A stretch of 64,000 nt of DNA from Paracoccaceae bacterium (GTDB lineage: Bacteria > Pseudomonadota > Alphaproteobacteria > Rhodobacterales > Rhodobacteraceae): positions 30,892 through 94,891 of the forward strand of contig JBHYFN010000011.1 in the NCBI GenBank assembly GCA_051859505.1, given 5' to 3'. Below, piece by piece: positions 47,128 to 57,335 of this stretch. The notes beneath the pieces are model-generated. The model was not told where the DNA came from. It worked only from the letters and a program-made list of their open reading frames with translations, and ran no database searches. How positions within the stretch are numbered: the first letter of the stretch is position 1; every line of letters begins with the position of its first letter. The translations under genes and the position numbers were made by a program.

Positions 47128-48684
47128 TCAGTTCGATGGCGCGACCCGGACGCAGTTGCGCCCCGCCTCTTTCGCCGCATAAAGCGCGGCATCGGCGCGG
47201 CGCAGCAGATCCTGCACGACAGAGGCGCTTTCGGGAAAGGCGGCCACCCCGGCCGAAACCGTCACCCGGGGCAGGAACCCCTCCATGTAGCGGACCTGCA
47301 CATCGGTCACCGCATCGCAGATCCGCTGCGCGACCACGGCGGCCGTTTCCAGATCGGCATCGGGAATGAGGACGGCGAATTCCTCGCCCCCGAAACGGCA
47401 GATGATCTCTCCTCCGACCAGCATTTCCTGCAGGCGGTTTCCGATCGCGCGCAGCACCATATCGCCGGCGTCATGGCCGTGATTGTCGTTGAATTCCTTG
47501 AACCGGTCCGTGTCGAAGGCGATCAGACCGAAGGGCACCCCGCGGCGTTCGGCGATGCCGGTCTGGCGGCGCAGCGCATCGACGAAATAGCGCCGGTTGT
47601 AGAGGCCGGTCAGAGGGTCGCGGATGGATTGATCCCGAAGCTCGTCGCGCAGCTTGGCATTCGCGATGGCGAGCGAGATATGCTCGGCGCAGCGGATGGC
47701 GAATTCGCCCTGGTCGCTGATCCGCGCGGCACCCGGCACATTCTCGTCAAAGCGGATGTGGAGCAGGCCGACCGTATCGCCATGGGCGACGATGGGCACG
47801 CAGATATATTCGGTGACCGGCACCTTGTGGCCATGCGCCGTCACGTGATCGCAGGGAAAGCACAGCCCCCCCGCCCTGTATTCATAAGACCGCCCCCGGC
47901 GCAGCGCCCAGCAGCTGTCGGCCATGATCGAGGGATGCAGGTCGACCGTGTTCCAGTTGCACATCCCGTCCAGCACGTCGCGCGAGTTGGAATAGATGTA
48001 AAGCTCGCCCTTCGACCCGGGCAGCAGCGTCACCATGAAGCTGCGCACGATCTGATAGAGTTCGTCCAGGGATTTGCAGGACTGCAGCCATTCATCCAGT
48101 TGCGCCAGCATCCGCGCCTCGTGCTGGCGCGCGCGTTCCTGGGCCAGAAGCTCCATCGCCCGCGCCTCGGCCGCTTCGGCGACGCGCTTGGCCTCGGCCA
48201 GTTCGCGGGCCGCCTGCCGTTCGGCCGTGACATCGGTGAAGGTCACGACATAGCCGCCCCCCCGCGTGGGGCGGCCATGGGTCAGCACCACCCGGCCCGA
48301 GGGCAGCACCCGGTCAAAGGAATAGGGCTGGCGTGACAGGACGAGCGATTCGGCCTTCCTCAGCTCCTCCACCGTCATCTCGCCGCGTTCGAGCGATCTT
48401 TCCCGAAAGGCCTGGCGCGAGCTGCCGATGCGCAGGTCGTCAGTGGTGATTTCCATCACCTGATAGATCCGGCTGTTGTGGAGTTCGCAGGTGCCTTCGG
48501 CCGACCAGACCAGAACACCCTGTTCCATGATGTTCATGATCTGGGTCGACAGGTCGCTTGCATCCTCGCTGCGCTCGGGCGAGGGGGCGAGCTTGACAAC
48601 CTCGGGCAGGACCGGCTCCGCCTCTGCTTTGTGACGTTCCTGTTTCACGGCGGGCCATCCCGGGCTCTGGTTTGGCCCGATCAT
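47128..48684 (-). CDS. PAS-GAF-GGDEF diguanylate cyclase
   Basis: RDPLTGLYNRRYF...FGLIAFDTDRFKEFND...RFGGEEF (intact GGEEF; the RxxD I-site position reads VGGE). Upstream GAF-like and PAS-like regions. ATG at 48682-48684 chosen; the ORF-track start at 48750 is TTG. Confidence 0.85.
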   Translation of the reverse strand: MIGPNQSPGWPAVKQERHKAEAEPVLPEVVKLAPSPERSEDASDLSTQIMNIMEQGVLVWSAEGTCELHNSRIYQVMEITTDDLRIGSSRQAFRERSLERGEMTVEELRKAESLVLSRQPYSFDRVLPSGRVVLTHGRPTRGGGYVVTFTDVTAERQAARELAEAKRVAEAAEARAMELLAQERARQHEARMLAQLDEWLQSCKSLDELYQIVRSFMVTLLPGSKGELYIYSNSRDVLDGMCNWNTVDLHPSIMADSCWALRRGRSYEYRAGGLCFPCDHVTAHGHKVPVTEYICVPIVAHGDTVGLLHIRFDENVPGAARISDQGEFAIRCAEHISLAIANAKLRDELRDQSIRDPLTGLYNRRYFVDALRRQTGIAERRGVPFGLIAFDTDRFKEFNDNHGHDAGDMVLRAIGNRLQEMLVGGEIICRFGGEEFAVLIPDADLETAAVVAQRICDAVTDVQVRYMEGFLPRVTVSAGVAAFPESASVVQDLLRRADAALYAAKEAGRNCVRVAPSN

Positions 48685-48746
48685 CGTGCCAAGGGATTGC
48701 CGCCGGATTAACGCCGGCCCGGAGCGCGCCTCGAACTGCGTAAAAC

Positions 48747-49325
48747 TCAACCTTTTCCGGCAAAGACCTCGACAATCGCCTTGTAGCCGCCCTGGGCCAG
48801 ATACTCCGCCTCGGCCGCGGTGGTTTCCCGGCCAAGGGCGGCGTTGCGGGTCGGGAACCGGCCGTAGCGGCGGATCACCTCGCGATGCGCCTCGGCATGG
48901 GGGATGTTCTCGGCGCCCGTCTCGGGCATCCGGGTCGCAAACAGCTCGACCGACCTGTCCTGATCGACAAGGTTTTCGGAATGCATCAGCGGCATGTAGA
49001 AGAACTGCCGCTCCGGCTCGGGGATCGGCGCGTCCCAGCCCTGTTCCAGCGCCAGTTTCGACGCCGCCCGCGCGATCGGATCGCTGGCGAAGGCGCGCGG
49101 ATCATCGCGAAAGAGGTTGCGCGGAAACTGGTCCGTCACGATCAGATAGGCCAGCGCCCCCCGCGGCGAGGTCAGCCAGGGCCCCAGCCCGCCCGCCATC
49201 GCCTCGTCCCAGAGATCGGCAAAGCGGTCGCGCACCTGGGCGTCGATATCCTCGGTGCCGGCATACCAGCCCTTCGGCCCGATCTCGTCGATCCAGAAGC
49301 GCAGAACCGCGTCAATCCTGTCCAT
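48747..49325 (-). CDS. DUF924-family protein
   Basis: 192 aa from internal ATG: MDRIDAVLRFWIDEIGPKGWY...LIVTDQFPRNLFRDDPRAF...HREVIRRYGRFPTRN. Confidence 0.85.
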   Translation of the reverse strand: MDRIDAVLRFWIDEIGPKGWYAGTEDIDAQVRDRFADLWDEAMAGGLGPWLTSPRGALAYLIVTDQFPRNLFRDDPRAFASDPIARAASKLALEQGWDAPIPEPERQFFYMPLMHSENLVDQDRSVELFATRMPETGAENIPHAEAHREVIRRYGRFPTRNAALGRETTAAEAEYLAQGGYKAIVEVFAGKG

Positions 49326-50643
49326 CCCGTCCCTCCTTATGCGGTTGCGGCTGTTCCGCCCCGATCTCGGCCTCAGTTTCGGCTGCAGCCTCGGCCGCGA
49401 TCTCGGCCTCGAGTGCGGCCTCCTCCATCGCGGCCCCCGCCACGACGCCGGTCGCCGTGGCGGCAATCGGCGCGTATGAGACCATGTCGCCCACGATCTC
49501 CTTGTCGGGCTGGCGCCGCATCCGCCACAAGGCATAGACCGCAAGGCCCAGCATCGCGACCGAAATGATCGCCCAGAACCCGTTGGCGCCCAGATTGTCC
49601 ATCGTCCAGCCCACGATCAGCGGCCCGGCGATCGCGCCCAGACCGTTGATGAACAAGAGCCCGCCCGAGGCCGCGGCCATATCCTCGCGCTCAAGATAGT
49701 CGTTGGCATAGGCGATCAGCAGCGCGTAAAGCGGGTTCGACGCCCCGCCGACAGCGGCCGCGGCCAGCACGATCAGCCAGTATTGCCCCGGGATCAGGAA
49801 GGCCACCAGCGCCGCAACCCCCCCCACCAGCGCCAGCGCGAGGATCAGGATCCGCCGGTCGATCCGGTCCGACAGCCAGCCGATCGGATATTGCAGCACC
49901 AGCGCCGCCAGATAGGTGGCCGACACCATGACCGAGATCTGCGGGATCGAAAGCCCCGCCCGCGTGCCATAGACCGCCGACATGCCGAACTGTGCCGCAA
50001 AGACCGTGCCAAGCGCGAACATCCCCGCACAGGCCAGGGGCGACACCTCGATCAGCCGGCGCACCGACAGCGGCTTGGTGGCGGAAAAGGCCGGCGCGGT
50101 TTGCGTCACCGACAGAAGCACCGGCGCGAAGGCCAGGCTAACGAGGATCGAAGGGATGACGAACAGGATATAGCCCGACACATCCCCCAGAACGAGCAGG
50201 TATTGCGCCGTCACGATCCCGCCCATCTGCACGATCATGTAAAGCGACAGCGCCTTGCCGCGATTGGCATTGCTGGAGGCGTCGTTCAGCCAGCTTTCGG
50301 CGGTGATATAGACGCCGCAGAAACAGAAGCCGAAGATCACCCGGCCCAGCGTCCAGGCCCAGGGCTCGGTCAGGGTCGGATAGAGCAGGATCACCGCCGA
50401 GATCATCGACCCCAGCGCCGCGAATACGCGCACATGGCCCACCCGCCGGATCATCATCGGCGCAAGCCGGCTGGCAAAGAGAAAGCCCACGAAATAGGCC
50501 GACATGATGATCGACATCGCCAGGGTCGAAAAGCCCTCGAGCTCGCCCCGGATGCCCAGGAGCGTGCCCTGAAGACCGTTGCCGATCATCAGAAGGAACA
50601 TCCCCAGAAGCAGCGCCCAGGAGCTGCCCAGAACCTGCAACAT
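49312..50643 (-). CDS. MFS transporter (YcaD-like) with acidic Ala/Glu-rich C-terminal tail
   Basis: Start at internal ATG (MLQVLGSSWALLLGMFLLMIGNGLQ). 12 predicted TM segments. The 38-aa N-terminal extension in the ORF track is spurious. Confidence 0.85.
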   Translation of the reverse strand: MLQVLGSSWALLLGMFLLMIGNGLQGTLLGIRGELEGFSTLAMSIIMSAYFVGFLFASRLAPMMIRRVGHVRVFAALGSMISAVILLYPTLTEPWAWTLGRVIFGFCFCGVYITAESWLNDASSNANRGKALSLYMIVQMGGIVTAQYLLVLGDVSGYILFVIPSILVSLAFAPVLLSVTQTAPAFSATKPLSVRRLIEVSPLACAGMFALGTVFAAQFGMSAVYGTRAGLSIPQISVMVSATYLAALVLQYPIGWLSDRIDRRILILALALVGGVAALVAFLIPGQYWLIVLAAAAVGGASNPLYALLIAYANDYLEREDMAAASGGLLFINGLGAIAGPLIVGWTMDNLGANGFWAIISVAMLGLAVYALWRMRRQPDKEIVGDMVSYAPIAATATGVVAGAAMEEAALEAEIAAEAAAETEAEIGAEQPQPHKEGRDGQD

Positions 50644-50681
50644 GACCGCTCTCCCGCTCGCTCCGGCCGCCCGTTCCGGCC

Positions 50682-50730
50682 GCCTGCCCCGATTGCCTGC
50701 CCCGATTGCCTGCCCCGAATGCCTGCCGTG
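50682..50730. repeat. Tandem repeat, 13 bp x about 3.8 (gcctgccccgatt)
   Basis: gcctgccccgatt gcctgccccgatt gcctgccccgaat gcctgccgtg, read directly, 40-90 bp upstream of the MFS start. Confidence 0.88.
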
Positions 50731-50894
50731 CCCCCCTCCTATCCCGCCGCGCACCACAGGACCATGACAGAAACGACACCCCGGCCCCCGCCACAGACCG
50801 CAAGGGCCCTGTCGCGCGCCAGACCGGGCGCTTCACGGCAGCGTCGCAGCGGGCCGCAGCAGGCGCAAGCCGCCCGGGCGCGGGCAGCCCGCGG

Positions 50895-51914
50895 TCAATC
50901 CGTCAGGAAGCTCCCCAATCCCTGCCCCGCATGCGCCCGCGTCAGCCGGGCGATCAGCTCGGCCCGGCCCAGATCGGTCCAGTCCCGCAGGCTCCAGCGC
51001 GGCGTGTCGAACAGCGCCCGGCGCAGGTCGAAATGGGTGGCGACGGGCCGGACGATGATCTCTTCCCCCGCAATCGCCCAGTCCACCGCGGCAAGCCGCT
51101 CGGGCCGCGCGGCCACAAGGGCCGCCTCATAGGCCATCGGGTAGATCGGGTCGGGATCGCCCTTGAAATTGGCGCGCCGAAAGGCCGGAAAGGCGATGTA
51201 GAGCGGCTCGTAGTCCAGCGACCGCAGCGCCGACAGCACCTCGAGGCTCGCCCGCGTCTCGTTGCATTCGATCCAGAGGATCGGCCGGCGCTCTTTCAGA
51301 TAGCGGTAATCGCCCCGGATCGCATCAAGCTCGGCACCTTCGATATCCAGCTTGAGCAGGTCATAATCGCCATGCGCCTCGCGCAGCTGCGCCAGCGTCC
51401 TGCAGGGCACGGCCGCTCCGTCCGCCTCCTCCGGCCTCTCGTGGAAGCGATAGCTCTGCGCCCCCCTATTGCCGCTTCCCGCGCTCTCCGGCACCAGCGA
51501 AAGCCAGCCCGGCCGCATCCCCACACCGGCCCCCACAAGCGCCGAGGGGCAGGAGAGGCCCTGCCGCAGATTGGCGCCCAGATGCGGCAGCAGATCCGGG
51601 TTCGCCTCGACCCCGAGCACCGATCCCGGCGTCCTGAGACGCGACACGCCCAGTGAAAACGTCCCCAGAAAGGCACCGACATCCCAAAGCCGCCCCCCCT
51701 CCGGCAGGATCCGCGCCGCAAGCTCCGCCTCGACCGCGCCCCATTCGCCGTGGTCCCGCAAGGTGCGCAGGATCAGGTCATCCGGCCAGTCGGGGCAGGA
51801 CAGCGGGCCATAGAGGCTCTCCACCCTCACCGCCCCGACCTCGGGGCCGGGGGCGGGGCCGGGGGCGGGGTCGAGGCCGGATGCGGGCTGCGAAGGCGGC
51901 AGGTGAAAGGTCAT
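50895..51914 (-). CDS. FkbM-family methyltransferase
   Basis: 339 aa. WDVGAFLGTFSL (SAM-binding loop) and LLKLDIEGAELDA are typical of Methyltransf_21/FkbM. Confidence 0.8.
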   Translation of the reverse strand: MTFHLPPSQPASGLDPAPGPAPGPEVGAVRVESLYGPLSCPDWPDDLILRTLRDHGEWGAVEAELAARILPEGGRLWDVGAFLGTFSLGVSRLRTPGSVLGVEANPDLLPHLGANLRQGLSCPSALVGAGVGMRPGWLSLVPESAGSGNRGAQSYRFHERPEEADGAAVPCRTLAQLREAHGDYDLLKLDIEGAELDAIRGDYRYLKERRPILWIECNETRASLEVLSALRSLDYEPLYIAFPAFRRANFKGDPDPIYPMAYEAALVAARPERLAAVDWAIAGEEIIVRPVATHFDLRRALFDTPRWSLRDWTDLGRAELIARLTRAHAGQGLGSFLTD

Positions 51915-52039
51915 CGCACTTGGGGTTCCTTGCCGGGCCGAAACCCGCTCAGCCCCGACCTTGCGCGATCCTGGTTAAGAGAGTGCTAATCCCGACGCCG
52001 TCAGAGGCGCCCAAAGCTTGCATCGGCCCGCCAGAAGGA

Positions 52040-52114
52040 TGGTGCCCCCTGTCTGGATTGAACAGACGACCTACCGCTTACAAGGCGGTTGCTCTACCGC
52101 TGAGCTAAGAGGGC
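52040..52114 (-). tRNA. tRNA-Thr (anticodon TGT)
   Basis: Minus-strand fold: acceptor GCCCTCT/AGGGGGC (one G-U pair), D stem GCTC/GAGC, anticodon stem ACCGC/GCGGT with loop CTTGTAA, T stem GTCTG/CAGAC with loop TTCAATC, ACCA end. 75 nt. Confidence 0.9.
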
Positions 52115-52317
52115 ACGAAACGCCGGCTAACACGACTTGCCCCGCCATGCAATCCTGCGCCCGGGGCCGATCGGGCCCTGCGGGCCGAGCTGCCACAATA
52201 TCGCCCCCTGGCACCGGTAGTTGCAACAAAGACCTTGAAAAACCGAGCCGGGAGCCATTTCTCAGGAAGAGCGGCCGAACCTCCGGCCGGCAAGCGACAA
52301 CCGGAAGGCCCGACGTC

Positions 52318-52926
52318 ATGCCCCACGCCAGTGCCCCAACGGTTCCCGTGCGGATGGACGGTGACGGGCCTATGGAGGGGTCTTCGGGGGGGGCTTCCGG
52401 TGGGCCGTCGCAGGGCAAGGCCCGCCCGACAACGATCAGCCCGTTCCGTCCCGAAACCGATCCCCTCGCCTTCCGGACGGCCCTGGGCGCCTTCGCGACC
52501 GGCGTGACCGTTGTCACCACATCGACGCCCGAAGGGCCGGCGGGGATCACCGCCAACAGCTTTGCCTCGGTCTCGCTCGACCCGCCGCTTGTCCTGTGGT
52601 CGCCCGCACGCGCCTCGGCCCGGTTCCAGCTTTTCGCCGGGGCCGATCATTTCGCGATCCATGTGCTGGGGCTGGAACAGCGCTGGATCTCGGATCGGTT
52701 CAGCCGCGCCCGCGATGCGTTCGAGGATCTGCCCTGGCAGGCGGACCGGCACGGCACCCCGATCATCGACAGCGCGCTGGCGCGGTTCACCTGCACGACG
52801 GTGGCCCGTCATGACGGGGGCGACCACCTGATCGTGGTCGCCCGCGTGACCGAGGCGACACGCCGCGACGGCGCGCCCCTCGCCTTCCAGGGCGGCCGGT
52901 TCGGCAGCTTTCACATCCCGGACTGA
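52318..52926 (+). CDS. Flavin reductase (FMN-binding split-barrel, HpaC/NtaB-like)
   Basis: FRTALGAFATGVTVVTT...ITANSFASVSLDPPLVLWS...GGDHLIVVARV. The first ATG after the tRNA is at 52318. Later ATGs (52357, 52375) are possible starts. Confidence 0.82.
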   Translation: MPHASAPTVPVRMDGDGPMEGSSGGASGGPSQGKARPTTISPFRPETDPLAFRTALGAFATGVTVVTTSTPEGPAGITANSFASVSLDPPLVLWSPARASARFQLFAGADHFAIHVLGLEQRWISDRFSRARDAFEDLPWQADRHGTPIIDSALARFTCTTVARHDGGDHLIVVARVTEATRRDGAPLAFQGGRFGSFHIPD

Positions 52927-52939
52927 CCGCGGCCGGCAG

Positions 52940-52984
52940 GCCGGAATTTCCAAAATTCCGGCGCCGAATTTGGCCAAATTCGGC
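52940..52984. repeat. Two tandem Family-2 hairpins (gccggaattt-cca-aaattccggc; gccgaattt-ggcc-aaattcggc)
   Basis: Read directly. The same two stem types as at 45534-45579 but in the opposite order, that is an inverted copy. Lies between the convergent flavin reductase and xylA genes. Confidence 0.88.
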
Positions 52985-52991
52985 CTTGCCC

Positions 52992-54293
52992 TCAGAGGTA
53001 GCGGTTCACCAGATTCTCGAGCCGCTCCTGCCGCCCCGAGCGCGGCTCGGGATTGATCCCCTCGGCCCGCACCCGCGCCTCGATGCTTGCCAGGTCCGAC
53101 GACAGAAGCGCCTTGCCCGCCGCCGTCTCCCATCCCGCATAGCGCTCGGCCCGCGCCGCCTCGAGCTTGCCATCCTCCAGCATCCGCGCCGCCGCCTTCA
53201 GCCCCGCTGCACAGGCATCCATCCCGCCCACATGCGCCAGGATCAGATCCTCGGGATCCAGCGACTGCCGCCGGATCTTGGCATCGAAATTGGTGCCGCC
53301 CGTGGTGAAACCGCCCGCCTTCAGGATCTCGTAATAGGCCAGCGTCATCTCGGGCACGTTGTTGGGGAACTGGTCGGTATCCCAGCCCGACTGGTAGTCG
53401 TTGCGGTTCATGTCGATCGACCCCAGGATCCCCAGGCTCGCCGCCAGCGCCAGCTCATGCTCGAAGGAATGCCCGGCCAGGATCGCGTGACCCTGTTCGA
53501 TATTCACCTTCACCTCGCCTTCCAGCCCGAAATCCTTGAGGAAACCGTAAACCGTCGCCACGTCGTAATCATACTGATGCTTCGTCGGCTCCTGCGGTTT
53601 GGGCTCGATCAGGATCGTGCCCGGAAAGCCGATCTTGTGCTTGTAATCGACCACCATCTGCAGCATCCGCCCCGCCTGCGCGCGCTCGCGGCCGAGATCG
53701 GTGTTCAGAAGCGTCTCATAGCCCTCGCGCCCGCCCCAAAGCACATAGTTCTGCCCACCCAGCCGGTGCGTCGCATCCATGCAGGTCTTGATCGTCGCGG
53801 CCGAGAAGGCAAAGACATCCGGGTCCGGGTTGGTCGCAGCACCCGCCATGAAGCGGCGATGCGAAAAGAGGTTCGCCGTGCCCCAGAGAAGCTTGACCCC
53901 GGTCTCCTCCATCTTGGCGGCGAAATAGTCGGTGATCTCCTCCAGCCGCGCCGTGTTCTCGGCGAAGTCGCGCCCTTCGGGTCGCACATCGGCATCGTGG
54001 AAACAGAAGAAGGGCGCGCCGAGGATCCGGAACATCTCGAAAGCGGCATCAGCCTTGATCTTCGCATGCTCCATCGTCTCGCCGAACCAGGGCCGCTCGA
54101 AGGTCTGCCCGCCGAACGGATCGCCGCCGGGCCAGGCAAAGCTGTGCCAATAGGCCACGGCAAAGCGCAGGTGATCTTCCATCCGCTTGCCCGCGATCAC
54201 CTCGTCGGGGTTGTAGTGGCGGAAGGCGAAGTCGCTGTCGCTCTCGGGCCCCTCATAGCGGATTGCGGGGATGCCGTTGAAGAAATCGGTCAT
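52992..54293 (-). CDS. xylA: Xylose isomerase
   Basis: 433 aa. [37 protein letters not shown]-type motifs. Full-length match. Confidence 0.96.
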   Translation of the reverse strand: MTDFFNGIPAIRYEGPESDSDFAFRHYNPDEVIAGKRMEDHLRFAVAYWHSFAWPGGDPFGGQTFERPWFGETMEHAKIKADAAFEMFRILGAPFFCFHDADVRPEGRDFAENTARLEEITDYFAAKMEETGVKLLWGTANLFSHRRFMAGAATNPDPDVFAFSAATIKTCMDATHRLGGQNYVLWGGREGYETLLNTDLGRERAQAGRMLQMVVDYKHKIGFPGTILIEPKPQEPTKHQYDYDVATVYGFLKDFGLEGEVKVNIEQGHAILAGHSFEHELALAASLGILGSIDMNRNDYQSGWDTDQFPNNVPEMTLAYYEILKAGGFTTGGTNFDAKIRRQSLDPEDLILAHVGGMDACAAGLKAAARMLEDGKLEAARAERYAGWETAAGKALLSSDLASIEARVRAEGINPEPRSGRQERLENLVNRYL

Positions 54294-54304
54294 GGGTCTG
54301 CCTT

Positions 54305-55744
54305 TCAGTAAAGCCCCTTGAGGGCCTGATAACCTTGCTTGTAGCGCGCATGGGCCTCGGCAAAGGCCGGGGCCAGCGTCGTATCGGGTTCGATGACACG
54401 GGCGATCCGGGGCGCCGTGGCCAGTTCGGCGCCTGCGCCGGTCGCGGCCATCAGCCCCAGCCGCGCCGCCCCGTATGCCCCGCCGAAATCGCCCGCCACG
54501 GGCAATTCCACGGGCAGCCCCAGCGATGTGGCGATGGCCTGGACCCAGTAATCCGACCGCGTGCCGCCGCCCACGCCGATCAACCGCTCGATCCGCGTGC
54601 CGGTGCCGGTCAGCGCGTCGAAACTGTCGCGGAAGGCGTGGGTCACGCCCTCCAGCACCGCGCGGGTCAGCGCTTCGCGGTCGGTCCCGTGGTCCAGATG
54701 CAGGAACTGCCCCCGCACCGCCGCATCGTTATGCGGCGTCCGCTCGCCGCCCAGATAGGGCAGGAACAGCGTGCGACCCGGCGCGCGCAAGGGCCCCAGC
54801 CCCCCGGTCAGCTCCGAGGCGGATGCCCCCCGAACCCCCGATAGCCAGGTCAGCGAATCCGCGGCCGACAGGATCACCCCCATCTGGTGCCAGGTGCCGG
54901 GCAGCGCATGGCAGAAGGTATGCACGGCACTGGCCGCATCCGGCTGATAGGCGCTAGATGCCGCGAACAGCACGCCAGAGGTGCCGATGCTGACGAAAGC
55001 CTCGCCCGCCTTGACCACGCCCACGCCCACGGCGCTGGCCGCATTGTCGCCGCCGCCGCCCGCCACCACCACGCCGGAGGGCAAGCCCCAGCGCGCCGCC
55101 AACTCGCCCCGGAGGGCGCCCGAAACCTCGGACCCTTCCACCAGCCGCGGCATGCTGGCGCGCGATAGCCCCGTCGCCGCGAGAAGCCCGTCATCCCAGT
55201 CGCGCTTGCCGGTATCAAGCCAGCTTGTGCCGGCCGCGTCCGACATCTCGGCCACCGCCTCGCCCGTCAGCCAGAGCCGCAGGTAATCCTTGGGCAAAAG
55301 CACGAGGGCGACCTTGTCGAAAACCTCCGGCTCCTGCGCCCGGACCCAGGCCAGTTTCGGCGCCGTGAAGCCCGGGAAGACGATATTGCCGGTTTTCGCG
55401 CGAAACGCCGGATCGCCGTCAAGCGCGGCCGCCTCGACCGCCGAGCGCGTGTCGTTCCACAGGATGCAGGGGCGCAGCACCTTGTGGCCCGCATCCAGAA
55501 GCGTCGCCCCGTGCATCTGGCCCGAAAGCCCGATCCCGCGCACCGCAGCCAGCCCGACCTTGGCCGCAAGCTCTGCCATCACCGCCTCGGCCGCCGTGAT
55601 CCAGCTTGCGGGATCCTGTTCCGACCAGCCGTCATGCGGCCGCGTCACCTCGAGCGGGGCCACAGCCTCGGCCAGCACCTGCTGGCCGTCGTCGATCACG
55701 ATGCCCTTGAGGCCCGATGTCCCCAGATCCAGCCCGATATACAT
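54305..55744 (-). CDS. xylB: Xylulokinase
   Basis: Start at internal ATG: [14 protein letters not shown]...GWSEQDP...GGGDNAA. FGGY kinase family, adjacent to xylA. Confidence 0.92.
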   Translation of the reverse strand: MYIGLDLGTSGLKGIVIDDGQQVLAEAVAPLEVTRPHDGWSEQDPASWITAAEAVMAELAAKVGLAAVRGIGLSGQMHGATLLDAGHKVLRPCILWNDTRSAVEAAALDGDPAFRAKTGNIVFPGFTAPKLAWVRAQEPEVFDKVALVLLPKDYLRLWLTGEAVAEMSDAAGTSWLDTGKRDWDDGLLAATGLSRASMPRLVEGSEVSGALRGELAARWGLPSGVVVAGGGGDNAASAVGVGVVKAGEAFVSIGTSGVLFAASSAYQPDAASAVHTFCHALPGTWHQMGVILSAADSLTWLSGVRGASASELTGGLGPLRAPGRTLFLPYLGGERTPHNDAAVRGQFLHLDHGTDREALTRAVLEGVTHAFRDSFDALTGTGTRIERLIGVGGGTRSDYWVQAIATSLGLPVELPVAGDFGGAYGAARLGLMAATGAGAELATAPRIARVIEPDTTLAPAFAEAHARYKQGYQALKGLY

Positions 55745-55839
55745 GGTCCCCCCCTCGCCCGGATCCGCTCCGGGGCCGCACAGGAGAAGCCGCCGCCGGA
55801 TCCACCCGGACGACTCTCCTCCCTCTCCCGCAACAGAGT

Positions 55840-55878
55840 CCGTCAATTTACTTCAGCTGTCAAAATAAAATTTGACGG
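55840..55878. promoter_or_regulatory. AT-rich inverted repeat in the xylB/ROK divergent region (ccgtcaattt ... aaatttgacgg): candidate operator
   Basis: Arms at 55840-55849 and 55868-55878 read directly, with an internal gtcaaaat. This is the only AT-rich patch in the 200-bp divergent promoter region. Confidence 0.35.
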
Positions 55879-55948
55879 CCGCAGGCAATTCCTGCCAGCT
55901 TTCTGCTCAGACCCTCACTTGCATGGGCGATTGCCGGATCAAAGCGCC

Positions 55949-57193
55949 GTGATTACTTCATCAGACAAAGATAATACCCGGCGCCCCTTCGGCTGCGGCC
56001 CGCTTCTTCCGGCGGTTCGCGCGGCCTCGGTCCCGCTGCGCCAGCAGGTGCTTGACCATGTCCGGGCCGAGGGGCGCGCGGCCCGGGCCGGGATCGCCCG
56101 GACCCTCGGGATCAGCGCAGGCTCTGTCACCGCATTGACCGCCGAGCTGATCGCCATGGGCCTGCTGCGTGAGGTCGCAGCCCCCCAACCCCGCGATCCG
56201 GGCCGGGGCCGGCCGCGCGTCGCGCTTGAAGTGGTGGCCGAGGCGCATCGCGTGATCGGCATCAAGCTGTCGGACGAACACCACTCTGCCGTCCTGACCG
56301 ATTTCGCCGGCAATCTCCTGGCCGAGGCGACCCTGCCGATCCCGCCCGGTCGCAAGCCGCTCGAGGTGATCCTTGCCGAGCTTCACGGCCTTCTGACCCG
56401 GCTTGACACCGCAGCCCCCGGCGGCGCGCGCCCCGTTACGGCCATCGGGATCGGCCTGCCGGGCCTTGTCGATCACGGATCGGGCCGGGTGCCCTGGTCG
56501 CCGCTTCTGGCCGAGCGCGACGTGGCGCTGAAACAGGAACTGGAAGAGCGGCTGCGCCTGCCCGTCCATGTCGACAATGATTCCAACATGTTGACGCTGG
56601 CCGAACTGTGGTTCGGGGCGGGGCGCGCGATGTCGGATTTCGCGGTGGTCACGATCGAACATGGCGTCGGCATGGGGATGGTGCTGAACAACCGCCTGTT
56701 CCGGGGCGCGCGCGGGATGGGGCTGGAACTGGGCCATACCAAGGTGGGCCATGACGGCGCGCTGTGCCGCTGCGGGCGGCGCGGCTGCCTCGAGGCCTAT
56801 CTTGCCGATTACGCATTGGCGCGCGAGGCGGCGACGGCGCTGGACCTGCCGCCCGGCGGGGGCCGCCAGGCCACGCTCGAGGCGCTTTTCGCCGAGGCCC
56901 GCGCCGGCAACCCCGCGGCCCGGGCGATCTTTGCCCGCGCCGGGCGCTATCTGGCGCTGGGCCTGTCGAATGTGGAGCAGCTGTTCGATCCGGCGCTGAT
57001 CATCCTGTCGGGCGAAAGGATGCGCTTCGACTATCTCGCCGCCGGCGAGGTTCAGGCCGAGATGCAGGCCCTGGGCCTGCCCGACTCGCGCCCGCCCGTC
57101 CGCGTCGAGAGCCACGCCTGGGGCGATCTGGTCTGGGCGCGCGGCGCGGGCGCACTGGCGCTGTCGGCGGTGACCGAGAGTCTGGCCGGATAA
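55949..57193 (+). CDS. ROK-family transcriptional regulator (xylose-operon-associated)
   Basis: wHTH ARAGIARTLGISAGSVTALTAELIAMGLL, ROK body GIGLPGLVD...DNDSN, Zn motif GHTKV...CRCGRRGCLEAY. There is no in-frame ATG near the expected start, so GTG at 55949 is proposed (TTG alternatives lie upstream). Confidence 0.8.
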   Translation: MITSSDKDNTRRPFGCGPLLPAVRAASVPLRQQVLDHVRAEGRAARAGIARTLGISAGSVTALTAELIAMGLLREVAAPQPRDPGRGRPRVALEVVAEAHRVIGIKLSDEHHSAVLTDFAGNLLAEATLPIPPGRKPLEVILAELHGLLTRLDTAAPGGARPVTAIGIGLPGLVDHGSGRVPWSPLLAERDVALKQELEERLRLPVHVDNDSNMLTLAELWFGAGRAMSDFAVVTIEHGVGMGMVLNNRLFRGARGMGLELGHTKVGHDGALCRCGRRGCLEAYLADYALAREAATALDLPPGGGRQATLEALFAEARAGNPAARAIFARAGRYLALGLSNVEQLFDPALIILSGERMRFDYLAAGEVQAEMQALGLPDSRPPVRVESHAWGDLVWARGAGALALSAVTESLAG

Positions 57194-57301
57194 AGCGATT
57201 ATTTGTCAGCTATCTAAAAGTCGCTCTTCATGTTTCACATGAAGAACGTCCGCCGCCGAAAATCCGCATCCGAGGTTTGACCTTCGCTGCGATCTGCTCT
57301 A

Positions 57302-57316
57302 GAACAAAAAGAGAAC
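57302..57316. promoter_or_regulatory. Alphaproteobacterial LexA (SOS) box: GAAC-N7-GAAC
   Basis: gaac-aaaaaga-gaac read directly, 20 bp upstream of the imuA ATG. It is the reverse complement of the GTTC-N7-GTTC direct repeat recognised by alphaproteobacterial LexA. Confidence 0.8.
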
Positions 57317-57335
57317 AAATAAGCCGAGGCTGCCC

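Noticed and set aside
44300-52114. tRNA-Pro and tRNA-Thr as boundaries of an integrated genomic island
   Set aside because: There is no integrase, excisionase or phage/plasmid gene between or beside them. I saw no duplicated tRNA 3-prime-end direct repeat, and GC appears host-like throughout.
52209-52225. sigma54-like element TGGCAC-cggtag-TTGCA about 93 nt upstream of the flavin reductase gene
   Set aside because: The GG-to-GC spacing is one nucleotide longer than the strict -24/-12 consensus (TGGCACG-N4-TTGC). No enhancer-binding-protein gene is nearby. I treat it as a chance match unless TSS data say otherwise.
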